Shown piece by piece: positions 21,976-33,011 of a DNA stretch of 64,000 nt (positions within the stretch are counted from its first letter, which is position 1; every line of letters starts with the position of its first letter). This stretch comes from an uncultured Gammaproteobacteria bacterium. GTDB taxonomy: Bacteria; Pseudomonadota; Gammaproteobacteria; Steroidobacterales; Steroidobacteraceae. The notes under the pieces were generated by a model. That model saw nothing but the letters and a program-made list of their open reading frames with translations. It was not told the DNA's origin and ran no database searches. Where the stretch lies: NCBI GenBank assembly GCA_963734645.1, contig CAVTID010000004.1, positions 554,847-618,846 of the forward strand, in the 5' to 3' direction. Both the position numbers and the translations under genes were made by a program.

Positions 21976-22857
21976 ATGACCCTGCAAATCACGGGCTTGT
22001 CCAAGACCTATCCGAACGGGGTGCGCGCCCTGAAGGAATTATCGCTGACCGTGGGCAACAACATGTTCGGCCTGCTCGGCCCGAATGGCGCCGGCAAGAG
22101 TTCCCTGATGCGCACCATCGCCACTTTGCAGGATCCGGACTCGGGCAGCATAGACCTCGACGGGCTGAACGTGCTGACGCAGAAGAACGAGGTGAGGAAG
22201 ATCCTCGGCTACTTGCCGCAGGAGTTCGGCGTGTATCCGAAAATGTCCGCCGTCGACATGCTGAACCATTTGGCCATCCTCAAGGGCGTGACGGCCAAGG
22301 GTGAGCGGCAGGACATGGTGGATGCGCTGCTGCACCAGACCAATTTGTGGGAGGTGCGCAAAAAGGCCTTGTCCACGTACTCGGGCGGCATGAAACAGCG
22401 CTTCGGCATCGCCCAGGCACTGCTGGCCAATCCACGGCTGATCATCGTCGATGAGCCCACCGCCGGCCTAGACCCCGCCGAGCGCAACCGCTTCCTGAAT
22501 CTTCTGTCCTCCATCGGGCGGGACGTCACGGTCATTCTCTCGACCCACATTGTCGATGACGTTCGCGAGCTCTGTTCCCGTATGGCCATCATCGCCTCCG
22601 GTGAGGTGCTGCTCGAGGGATCGCCCAACGAGGCTCTGCTGGCGCTCGAAGGGCAGATGTGGTCGCGCGTCGTCGCCACCGACGAGGAATTACGTACCCT
22701 CGAGAGCCAATTGCAAATCGTGAGCACGCACTTGGTGGGCGGCCTGCACGAGATCCGCGTGTTCGCGCCGTCCTCTCCGGGCGCCGATTTCCGTCCCGTG
22801 GCATCAGGACTCGAGGATGTCTATTTCTTGAATCTGTCTCGGCGCTCCAAGAATTAG
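21976..22857 (+). CDS. ABC transporter ATP-binding protein
   Basis: ATG at 21976 within ORF 21898..22857. Walker A GPNGAGKSS, signature YSGGMKQR, Walker B LIIVDEPTAGLD. Confidence 0.9.
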   Translation: MTLQITGLSKTYPNGVRALKELSLTVGNNMFGLLGPNGAGKSSLMRTIATLQDPDSGSIDLDGLNVLTQKNEVRKILGYLPQEFGVYPKMSAVDMLNHLAILKGVTAKGERQDMVDALLHQTNLWEVRKKALSTYSGGMKQRFGIAQALLANPRLIIVDEPTAGLDPAERNRFLNLLSSIGRDVTVILSTHIVDDVRELCSRMAIIASGEVLLEGSPNEALLALEGQMWSRVVATDEELRTLESQLQIVSTHLVGGLHEIRVFAPSSPGADFRPVASGLEDVYFLNLSRRSKN

Positions 22858-22881
22858 AGTCCGGCCGCGGGGGATACCGTC

Positions 22882-25800
22882 ATGGCAATGTTCTGGGAAT
22901 TCTTTACCTTCGAGCTTCGCTTCCGCGCCAAGAGCATTTCGACCTACATCTACTTCCTGCTCTGGTTCGCTTTCTCGTTCTTCTGCATCGCCTCGGAGAG
23001 CTTCGGGCCGGTCGCCAACTCCAACGGCAAGGTCCTGCTGAACGGGCCCTTCGGCAACACCGTCGACGATGCCTATTCCTGCCTGTTCGGCCTCATCGTC
23101 ATCGCCGCGATTTTCGGCACATCGATACTGCGCGATTTCCAGCGCGACACCTACCAGATGCTGTTCACCAAGCCGATCTCCAAGCTCGCGTATCTGGGCG
23201 GCCGCTGGGCCGGCTCGTTCGTCACGACGGTTTGCGTGTTCTTCGGCTTGGTGGCCGGCGCCTTCGTCGGCACCTTCGCGCCCTGGGCCGACCACGCCCG
23301 CATCGGACCGAATCATGCGGCCTGGTATCTGCAGCCCTTCTTCTCCATCGTCGTCGTGCAGATTTTTTTCATCGGCTCGCTGTTCTTCGCCGTCGCCGCG
23401 CTCACGCGCAAATTGTTCATCGTGTATCTGCAGGGCGTGGCCCTGTTCATGCTGTACGTCATCGGCCTGACGGTGTTCTCCGCGACGCGCTCGCTCGAGC
23501 ATTTCTGGTCCGGCATCCTGGATCCCGTCGGCATGCGGCTGCTCGACACCATTACCCGCTACTGGAGCGTGGCCGAGAAGAACAGCCGGCTTCTGCCCTG
23601 GGATTTCTCCGGGTATTCTCCGGGAGTCTTTCTCTATAATCGATTGCTCTGGACGTGCGTGGGCGTGATTGCGCTCGCCGCGGCTTGGGCGCTGTTTCCG
23701 ATGTCGGTGGAGGCGTTGACGGCGCGTTCCCAGGGCAAGCGCGCCGATAAGGCGCGCCGGCAGGAGGCGCAGGCGGCACGCCCGCATCCGTCGCGCCTGG
23801 CCTCCAGCCTGCCGCGGGTACACCAGGTATTCGGCGCCGGCACGACGCTGCTGCAGTTTCTGTCATTGACCCGTCTGCGCATTCGCAGCATCGTGCGCGA
23901 CATTCCGTTCTGGGCCATCGTCGGGCTGCTCATCGCCTTTGCGGTCAACAATGGACATTTCGCGGGGCGGGTGGGGGGGGATAACGTCTGGCCCGTCACC
24001 TACCTCATGTTGCAGGCCGTGGAAGGCTCGGCGACCCTGTTCTTCATCATCGTCGCGGTCCTGTACGCCGCGGAACTGCTCTGGCGCGAGCGCGACACCC
24101 GCTTCGACGGCATCCACGACGCATTGCCGCTGGCGGATTCCATCGATTGGCTGTCGAAATTCACGGCGATCGCCCTGATACAGGTGTTTCTGCTCACCGT
24201 CACCCTGTTGGTGGGCATGCTGATGCAGACCATCGACGGCTACTACCACTACGAGCTGCTGCAGTACTTCAAGGAACTCTACGTCATCACCCTGCCGCAG
24301 ATGTTGGGGCTGGCGCTGCTGGCCATGTTCGTGCAGACCATGGTCTCGAACAAATTCATCGGCCACGGCATCGTCATCGGCATCGTGGTCCTGCAGCCCA
24401 TCCTGTTCGCCTTCGGATGGGAAAACACCCTCTACCTTCCCGGCGCCGTTCCGGCCTACCTGTACTCGGATATGAACGGCTACGGCCATTTCGTGCCGGC
24501 CCTGTTCTGGTCTACCGTTTACTGGTGCGCCATCTTCGCATTCCTCGGCGTGATCTCCATCGCCTATACCCGGCGCGGGGCCGATGTGTCGCTGGCCGCG
24601 CGCAGCCGCCGTGCGCTCGCGTCGCGCGCCGCGTCTCGCGCCGGCGGCGGGGCTATTCCTGGTGCTGGCCCTGGCTTCCGGCAGTCTGGTACTACTACAA
24701 CGCGCATGTGCTCAACGAGTACATGACGGCGGCCGACCGCCGCCATGTGCTCGCCGACTACGAGCGGCGCTTCAAGAAGTACGAAAATCTCGCTGCAGCC
24801 CAAGGTGACGGCCGTGGAGGCGACGATCAATATCTATCCCGAGCGCCGCTCCTTCGACGGCACCGGGCGATTCACGCTGCAGAACAAGAGCGCGCAGCCG
24901 ATTACCGAGATTCATCTGACCGACCAGCACGAGGCCGTGACGCAGGTGCGGTTCGACCGGCCGTTCCATCTGCTCAGCCGCGAGCCCCGCGATCTGTATT
25001 CCATTTACGCTCTGGATCAGCCGCTGGCTCCCGGGGACGTGCTGACTCTCACCTTTTCCGTCAGCCACGAATCGCGCGGTTTCCGCGACGGCAATGAGCT
25101 GGCGCAGTTCGCCTACAACGGCACGTTCTTCGACACCGAGTTCTTTCCCGGCATAGGCTACGATGCGGATTTGGAGATCGACGATCCGCGCCGGCGCCGC
25201 GAGGAACACTTGGGTTCGCTCGAAGAGATGGCGCCGCGCGGCGATCCCCGCCATTCCCGCCTCAATCTATTCACGACGCAGGCGGACTGGATCACCTACC
25301 ACACCGTGGTCAGCACCTCCGGCGATCAGCTCGGCATTGCGCCGGGCTATCTGGTGCGTACTTGGGAGAAGGACGGGCGCCACTACTTCGAATACAGCAT
25401 GGGATCCACGCATATCGTGGATTTCTACGCCTACCTCTCGGGCCGCTACGCCGTGCGCAAGCAGGTGTACTCGGGACCCGGCGGCGCCGTGAATCTGGAG
25501 ATTTACTACGATCCGGCGCATCAATACAACGTGGATGAGATGCTCGAGGCGTCGCGCGCGGGGCTCGACTACTTCCAGGCGCACTTCAGTCCTTATCAGT
25601 TCACTCAGTACCGCATCATGGAGTTTCCGCGCTATCGGACGTTCGCGCAGTCCTTCCCCAACACCGTGCCGTTTTCGGAGGGCATCGGCTTCATCACCCG
25701 GGTGCTCAAGCCGACGGATGTGGACCTGACGTATTTCGTGACGGCGCACGAGCTCGGCCATCAATGGTGGGGGCACCAGCTCGTCGGCGGCCGGGTCGAG

Positions 25801-26577
25801 GGTTCCAATATGATGTCCGAGACTCTGGCGCAGTATTCCGCCTACATGGTCATGCAGCAGAAGTACGGCAAGGACTACATGCGGCGGGTCCTGCGCCATT
25901 TCCTGGATCGTTACCTGCGCGGCCGCGCCGGCGAGGTGCGCAGCGAGCGGCCGCTGGCGCTGGTGCAGCGCGAGGACTATGTGTGGTACTACAAGGGCGG
26001 CCAGATCATGTACACGCTCGCCGACTATGTCGGCGAGGACAAGGTCAATCTCGCCCTGCACGATTTCCTGATGCAGTACCGCTACGCGAACGCCGCCAAT
26101 CAGGCCGACGCCGTGCAAAGCATCGCCGGCGCGGCGGCCGAAGATGTGCCGTATCCCGACACCCGCCAGCTCGTCGATGCGCTGCGCGCGCAGACTCCCC
26201 CGGATCTGCAGTATTTGATCGAGGATGGTTTCAATCGCATCGTGCTCTACGACAACAAGGCGGTGTCAGCGACCTCGCATCGGCGGCCGGACGGCAAGTA
26301 CTCGGTGACGCTGACGGTTCAGGCGCGCAAGGTGCAGGCGGACGGCAATGGAACGGAGACCGAGATGCCGCTGGCCGACTACATCGATATCGGCGTCTTC
26401 AAGGGGAAAAAAGACGACGAACAGCCTCTCCTCATGCGCAGAGAGAAGTTCACGCAGAGCCGTCAAACCTTCGATCTGGTGGTCGACGAGCGGCCGACCC
26501 GTGCCGGCATCGATCCTTACAATAAGCTCATTGACCGTATTGCCGACGACAATGTGATGGACGTAACCGAGCAGTGA
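22882..26577 (+). pseudogene. ABC-2-type permease fused to an M1 (aminopeptidase N-like) metallopeptidase domain, three frame switches at about 24590-24790
   Basis: ORF 22882..24726 is a polytopic permease. ORF 24745..26577 carries HELGH (25747-25761) plus a downstream Glu (NMMSETLAQY) and a variant exopeptidase motif (RIMEF). The linker WYYYNAHVLNEYMTAADRRHVLADYERRFKKYENL is in a third frame. Confidence 0.8.
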
Positions 26578-26880
26578 AGGCGCTGACAAATGCCGGAAAA
26601 ATTAGGGGTTTCCCGCACGATGGCGCGGTCCAAATCTGACATAACTCATATCCACCTGGGCAGTGCAGCACTCCAAAATATGAGGCCTCCCGGGATAATC
26701 GTCCGCGATGCCCGGCAGCACGGATGCGATCGTCAGGGCATCAATTTCGGCAAAGTCGCGCGCACGGATGCGCGCGCATTTAAACCTTTGAGCTCCCCCT
26801 GTCCTCCAATGGGCTAGACATGAGGCAATTGGGACACACAGCGGGGACGGTTCAGATGCTGCAGGTCGCGGACGCGATGG

Positions 26881-27411
26881 ATGCCGCCCGATCCGGCCGA
26901 GCTCATAGCCGCCGCGGCCGACGGCGATCTGCGCGCCTTCGAGCATCTGTATCGGCAATTTTCCCCGCGGGTCTACGGCCTGTGTCTGCGGCTGACGGGA
27001 CAGCGCGAAGCGGCCGAGGACTGCACCCAGGAGTCCTTCGTCGCCGCTTGGCGAGCCTTGGCGAGTTTCGAACAGCGCAGCCGATTCTCGACCTGGCTGC
27101 ACCGCATTGCCGTGCACACCGTGCTCGCGCGGCGCCGCGGCCTGCGTGTGGAGTACGAGGTGGCCGAGCCGGCCTCGGGCCTGCCCGAAGTGGCCGATCC
27201 CGGCGGCGAGCGGTCCGCCGCTCGACATCGAGCGTGCAATCGCGGCGCTTCCGGAAGGTGCGCGCCACGTGCTCGTGCTGGTGGGCATCTATGGTTTTAG
27301 TCATGCAGAGGCGGCCCAGACGCTGGGCGTTGCCGAAGGGCACTTGCAAGGCGCAGTTGCATCGTGCGCGCGGCCTGCTGGCCAGCGCGCTCGGATTGGA
27401 GAACATCATGA
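26881..27411 (+). pseudogene. ECF-type RNA polymerase sigma factor, about two frame switches; stop inferred
   Basis: Sigma-2 region (DLRAFEHLYRQFSPRVYGLCLRLTG..AEDCTQESFVAAWRAL) in ORF 26881... Sigma-4 region (LPEGARHVLVLVGIYGFSHAEAAQTLGV, TCKAQLHRARGLL) is split over two other frames. Confidence 0.75.
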
Positions 27412-27937
27412 ACGATCCAATGCAAAAATCTCTCGATGACCTGCTCGCGGATCTGCCGCGCGACATGCCGCCGCCGCCGTATCTCTGGCCCGGCATCGCC
27501 CGCCGGCTGCCTCGCCGCCGCGCCGCCCGCGCCCCATGCTGCTTGCCGCGGCGGCGGGGGTGGCCGGCGCCTGTCTGGCGAGCGCACTCACCTGGGCGGT
27601 GCTGCATGGACGCCGCGGCACCGCGCGGCGCCGCGATCGGCTGGCGGCGCAGGTGCCGACCCTGGATGAACCGCGAAACGCGAGCTATGTGGCCGCGCGC
27701 GATTCTCTGGAACTGAGTTTTCGCCAGCGGCTGGCGCTTCTCGATCCTGCCACGCGCGCGAAAATCGAAGCCAATCTGGCGATCATTCGCCAGGCGCACG
27801 AGGACATCCGCAAGGCGCTGGCGAGCGATCCTGCAAGCCCGGTGCTCGAACAGCTCTGGCAGAGCACCTGGCACGATGAAATTGACCTGTACGAGCATGT
27901 CGTGCAGGCCACCCAACCCACGATGACGAGGACATGA
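27408..27937 (+). pseudogene. putative anti-sigma factor (single TM), one frame switch
   Basis: MNDPMQKSLDDLLADLPRDMPPPPYLWPGI. After the switch, ORF 27536..27937 gives the TM segment LLAAAAGVAGACLASALTWAVL and a periplasmic tail. The position directly after the ECF sigma supports the call. Confidence 0.55.
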
Positions 27938-27939
27938 CC

Positions 27940-28870
27940 ATGTCGAAAGCACAATCCAAGGCCCGCTACCAGTGGCTGGATCATCATTGCCGCGCTGGCG
28001 GCGCTGGTCGTTCCCTGGTCGCTGGTGCAGGCGGGCCGGCCCATCCATGAGAGCCGGGCGGCCGATCCGCAAGGCGAGGTCGAGATCTTCAATCTGGCCG
28101 GCAAGGTGGAAGTCGAAGGCTGGGACCGCAGTGAGGTCGAGGTCGGCGGCACGGCCGACGACGGCGTGCGACCGGGTCGATGTGACGGGCTCGGGCCGCC
28201 GTACATCCATTCACGTCGTGACGCGATCCGCGCACCTCTGGGGTTCGGACGGCGAAGCGCATCTCATCGTGCACGTGCCGGCCAAGAGCTCGCTGACGGT
28301 CACTCTCGTCAGCTCGGATTTCAAGGTGACGGGCGTGCTCGGCGACCTGAAGGTACAGACGGTGAGCGGCAAGGTGAGCGGCGAGGCCGGAGGCGATGTC
28401 CGCGCGGCCACGGTGAGCGGCAATGTGCGTCTGAAGGCGCCGGGCCGCCAAGTCCATCGAGATCCGGACCATCAGCGGCGATATCCAGCTGACCGGCGGC
28501 GGCGGCGAGGTGGACATCAATACCGTCAGCGGCACTGTCGACGCTCGAACTCGCCGACCTGAGCAACGGCCGATTCAAGAGCATCTCGGGCGACATAACG
28601 GTGGGGCTGTCGCTGGCGCCCGATGGGCAGGATCGAGAGCGAATCGGTGAGCGGCGATGTGACCCTGAAATTCGCCGCCATGCCGGCCGCGGAATTCGAT
28701 GTGCAGACCTTCAGCGGCGACATCAAGAACTGCTTCGGACCCAAGCCGATGGAGTCGCGCTACGGCCCTGGATCGCGGCTGCAGTTCATGAACGGCGAGG
28801 GCCATGCTCATGTGCGGATCAATACCAAGAGCGGCGATGTCCGGCTGTGTGTCAAGGGCATGACAGACGC
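27940..28870 (+). pseudogene. DUF4097-like beta-repeat (putative adhesin) protein, at least five frame switches; 3' end uncertain
   Basis: Repeated V/I-SG-D/K/N beta-strand motifs ([68 protein letters not shown]) are spread over ORFs 28025.., 27972.., and 28623... Confidence 0.6.
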
Positions 28871-29083
28871 AAACACGCACGTCGGCGCTCGAGTTGGCGC
28901 AGGCGCGGCTGCCGGTCCAAGACGCCGTCTGGCATGTACGGGGCGTGCGCGTGGTGCTCCCTTACGTGTACTGACCGTCAGAGTATGCCTACGGCGCAGG
29001 GTAATGAGCGCCGATTGCGGCGCAGATGGATCGCCCGTATCGTGGCACATCCCAGCCACCGTTACAGCCTTCAGGAGCGCTCA

Positions 29084-29708
29084 ATGAATTCGGCCACTGT
29101 TTCATCTCCCCCCATCTCGCTGCCGCCGCTGCCCTACGAGCAGAGCGCGCTGCAGCCCGTCATTTCCGCGAATACTCTGAGCTTCCACTACGGCAAGCAC
29201 CACAAGACCTATGTCGACACCTTGAACAAGCTCATCGCGGGCACTGAATTCGCGGACATGCCGCTCGAGAAGATCATCAGGGCTACCGCGGGCCAAGCCG
29301 AGCACGCCGCCATATTCAACAATGCGGCGCAGGCATGGAATCACACCTTCTATTGGCACAGCCTCGAAGCCCAAGGGCGGCGGCGAACCCCCGGCAGCGC
29401 TCAAGCGCCTGATCGAATCCTCCTTCGGCAGCATCGATGCCTGCAAGAAGGAATTGGCGAGCGCCGCCGTGGGGCAATTCGGCAGCGGCTGGGCGTGGCT
29501 GGTTCTGGACGGCGAGAAGCTCAAGGTGGTGAAGACGGGCAATGCCAACACGCCGCTGACGCAGGCGGCGAAACCGCTGCTCACCATCGACGTGTGGGAA
29601 CACGCCTACTATCTCGACTATCAGAATCGGCGCGCCGACCACGTGAACGCCGTGCTCGATACTCTCGTCAATTGGGAGTTCGCGACAGAGAATCTAGGGC
29701 GCAAGTAG
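29084..29708 (+). pseudogene. sodB: Fe/Mn superoxide dismutase (Fe-SOD-like), one frame switch near 29365
   Basis: caggag RBS at 29072-29077. Segments: [43 protein letters not shown], then [31 protein letters not shown] in ORF 29322..29708. Confidence 0.9.
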
Positions 29709-29719
29709 CCTTGAGCTCG

Positions 29720-31197
29720 CTACTGTGCCGCGGCCGCGACAGTGTGCGCCGCACCGTGTAGGTCGGCCCGCTCGGCATCGCCCTGCTGCCAGCCGCCGCC
29801 CAGCGCCTTCACCAGCAGCACGCTCGCATTCATGCGGCGCAGTTGAATGGTCACATTCGAGAGCTGCGCCGCCAGCGCGGTGTTCTCGGTGGTCGCGACC
29901 TCGAGATAGGTCACGAGACCGGCCTTGTAGCGATACTGCGCCTGCTGCAGAGCGGTTCCGGTGGCGGTCACGGCCGCTGCCTCGCTGACGCTTTCCTGCT
30001 GCAATTGGCGCAGGGCGGCTAAATTGTCTTCGACTTCTTGGTAGGCGGTCGAGCACGGTGCCTCGATAGTCGGCGACTTGCTCGTCGTAGGCCGCTCTGG
30101 CCTGCGCGTTTTGCGCTCGGTGCCGGCCGGCGTCGAACAGGGTCAGTACAGCGGCGGGGCCCACCGACCAGAGCTGGCTGGGGGCGGTGAGCCAATTCGA
30201 AGCGCTGGTGCTGTCTATAGCCGGCGGCGGCGGAGAGGCTGAATACGGGGAAGTACGCCGCGCGCGCCACGCCGATCTGCGCATTGGCGGCGGCGACCCG
30301 GCGTTCGGCCGCGGCGACATCCGGGCGGCGCTCCAGAAGAGCGGAGGGCAGGCCGGGGTCGATGGGCGGCGGCGCTAATTCGATGGGCAGTGGATTCGGG
30401 TCCGCATGGTAGGTGGACGGATTTTCGCCCAGCAAGACGGCGATGGCGTGCTCGCTCTGCGCGCGCTGCAGGCGGATATCGGCGGCTTGGGTGCGCGCGG
30501 TTTCGAGCTGCGCCTGGGCCTGGGCCACGTCCGCCAGGGCCGCTCCGCCGCCGTTGTACAGGTTCTGGGTCAGTTTCAGCGAAGCGGTGTAGTCCTCCAC
30601 GGTCTTGTCGAGCAGCACTTGCTGGGAGTCTTGCGCGCGCAGCGAAAAATAGTCGGTGGCCAATTCGGCGTGAATCGCCAGATTGAGAGTGGCAAGGTCG
30701 GCGGCGCTCGCTTGTTGACTCGCCTTTGCCGAGTTCACGGCGTTGCGCACCCGGCCCCAGAGGTCGATCTCGTAGGAGAGATCGGCTTCCACATCGAAAT
30801 CGTTGTAGACCGGCTCGGCCCCCTTCGGAAAGGTCGGTGAATTGACCGAAGCCCGCGCGCGAGTCGCGGAAGAACCCGCAGTCAGTGTCGGGAATAAGTC
30901 CGCCCGCGCGATTCGGGTGGCGGCACGAGCCTGCTGCAGGCGCGCGAAGGCCGCTTTCAGGTCCTGGTTGGCGTCGCCTACCTTGGCCTCCAGCGCATCG
31001 AGCTGCGGATCTTGAAAGATCGTCCACCACTCGCCGCGATTCTGGTCGTCCACGGGTTGCGCAGCCTTCCAGTCTCCGGATTCCTTGTAGGCGCCCGTCG
31101 CCGGCGCGCTGTCGGGAACCTTATACCTGGGCGCGAACGAGCAGGCCTGCAGAGCGGCGAGCAGGAGAAGCGTTGCGCCCGAGAGCGTTGCCTTCAT
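29720..31197 (-). pseudogene. efflux-system outer-membrane factor lipoprotein (NodT family), two frame switches
   Basis: Lipobox LLLLAALQAC in ORF 30019..31197(-). The second TolC-like repeat continues in 29694..30320(-) and 29720..30004(-) (YRYKAGLVTYLEV..LVKALGGGW). Confidence 0.85.
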
Positions 31198-31337
31198 GTC
31201 TTCTTACTCGTGTCCTTCGACGTACTCTGCGCGCGATGATGACGCCGGTGCAGGGAGCGACGACGGGCTCGAAGGACTGGAGCTCGCGCAATTGGCCGCA
31301 TCATAAAGCCGGGACCCGCGAATTGCGAAATTCGCGC

Positions 31338-32275
31338 TCAGGCAGCCTCGCGCAATGGTTTCACCGCCGCAGGGCCATGCCGCGCGACGATGTCCTCCGA
31401 TACCTTCCACAGGCGCTCGGCAAGGCCGGCGTCCTCGAGCAGGGGATTGCCCGGCGGCGATCCGGCAATTCGTCCAATATTCTCCGCTGATCCCGCCGAC
31501 GCTGGGGTGTGCAGCCAGCAACGCCTGGGTTGCCGCACCCTGCGGCGCCGATTTCATGAACCATTTAGCGGCCGACAGCACGATTCGCAGCGGCAGGGTC
31601 AAATTCCGATTCAGGCCGGTGCCGCGGGTGGCACCGGGGTGCAGCGAGTTGACCGCGATGCCGCGGGCGCTCAGGCGGCGCGACAGTTCCTTGGCGAACA
31701 GCGCGTTCGCCAGTTTGGACTGCCCGTAGAATGCGAGCGGCTCGTAGAATCGGCGGCCGTCGAGATTGTCGAACATGATGCCTTCGGCCGGCGCCTGGCG
31801 GATGCCGGCGCTGCTGCTGACGATCACGATGCGCCCGGTGCCGTTGCGCACCAGGTCCATGAATCTCGTTCACCAGCGCGAAATGACCGATGTGATTGAC
31901 CAGAAATTGCATCTCGACGCCGTACTTCGTCCGCAGGGTGGGCAGATTGGCGATAGCGGCATTGGTGACGATGGTGTCCAGCGACACATTCAGCGCGCGG
32001 ATGGCGGCGGCCGCCGCGGCCACCGAACCCAGATCCGCCAGGTCGCAGGCCACGGGAGTGCAGGTGGGACCTGCCTTGCGGCAGGCGGTCTCGGCGTCGG
32101 CCGGCGATCGGGCCAGACCGATCACCTGCGCGCCGTTGGCGGCGAGCGCGCTCATGGTTTCGAATCCTATCCCCGAGCTGCAGCCCGTCACCACGATGCG
32201 CTTGCCGCTGAGGTCGATGCCCGCCAGCACCTGGTCCGCCGTCGAGCGTGCGCCGAATTGAATTGACTTCGTCAT
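31338..32275 (-). pseudogene. short-chain dehydrogenase/reductase, two frame switches
   Basis: MTKSIQF..KRIVVTGCSSGIGFET in ORF 31565..32338(-). RIVIVSSSAG..YGQSKLAN in ORF 31204..31860(-). The tail is in ORF 31338..31538(-). Confidence 0.8.
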
Positions 32276-32334
32276 AGAATATTCCTCTACTTGCGCCGGC
32301 TTCAACGGCGCGCAGAACATGCGCGCCGCGACCG

Positions 32335-32927
32335 TCATCGCCCTTCACGAATTCTTCCCGAGATGCCGAACGCTGTTTGAGACCCCGCGCGGTGGCATGC
32401 AGGGTCCGCGCCAAATCCGCCGGGGCCATGCCGGCCGTCGCGCAAAAACCGAGCAGCGGCGAATCCGCGATGGCGCGGGTCAGCGCCGCTTCGAATCGGC
32501 TCTCGTAATGAGTGAGCGTCGAGCCCGCCAGCGCGGTGCTCGCGCACATCAGATCGGCTGCATCCGCTCCCAGCGAGCCCACGAAGCGGCCCGACCAGGC
32601 GTCGCAGGCAGCGATGATTCTGAATTCCAGGCTGTCCCCCGGAACGGACAGGGCGGCGACGGCCGCGTTCAACTGACTGCTGAGCGAGTGCTCGAGCGCC
32701 TTGCGGAACAGCTCTTCCTTATTGGCGAATTGCAGGTACAGTCCCTGCCGCGACACCCCGGCGGCGCGGGCCACTTCCTCCATCGAGGTCTTACGAAAGC
32801 CGTAGCGAGCAAACACAGCGACGGCGGCATCCAGCAGCGCCGCTTGGCGCGAGTCTGCGGGGTCCAGTGCCGGGGTCGAGATTATGTTCACCCACACACG
32901 ATAGACAAGATAGGGCCATACTGTCAA
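32335..32927 (-). CDS. TetR family transcriptional regulator; both ends approximate
   Basis: HTH segment FRKTSMEEVARAAGVSRQGLYLQFANKEELF in ORF 31824..32927(-). As written this ORF runs on into the SDR gene. A stop is available at about 32335 in a neighbouring frame, and an alternative GTG start lies at 32891. Confidence 0.65.
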
Positions 32928-33011
32928 TCACGTCGCAATGCCGAATTCGTCGCGCGAAATATTATGTCATAGAAAGCAGTAAGATAAGATATTTATGAGA
33001 AGTAATTTCTT

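Noticed and set aside
22804-23823. 339-aa minus-strand ORF across the permease gene
   Set aside because: It is antisense to a clearly homologous ABC-2 permease frame and has Arg/Gly/Ala-rich composition. This is a typical shadow ORF of GC-rich DNA.
26903-28210. 435-aa minus-strand ORF (and 26602..27288 minus)
   Set aside because: Both are antisense to the sigma/anti-sigma/DUF4097 genes, with extreme Arg/Ala/Pro composition. They are shadow ORFs.
28870-29083. Possible extra gene between DUF4097 and sodB (open in two plus frames)
   Set aside because: The translations are Arg/Ala/Gly-rich with no motif. It is more likely an unresolved 3' end or intergenic DNA kept open by GC content.
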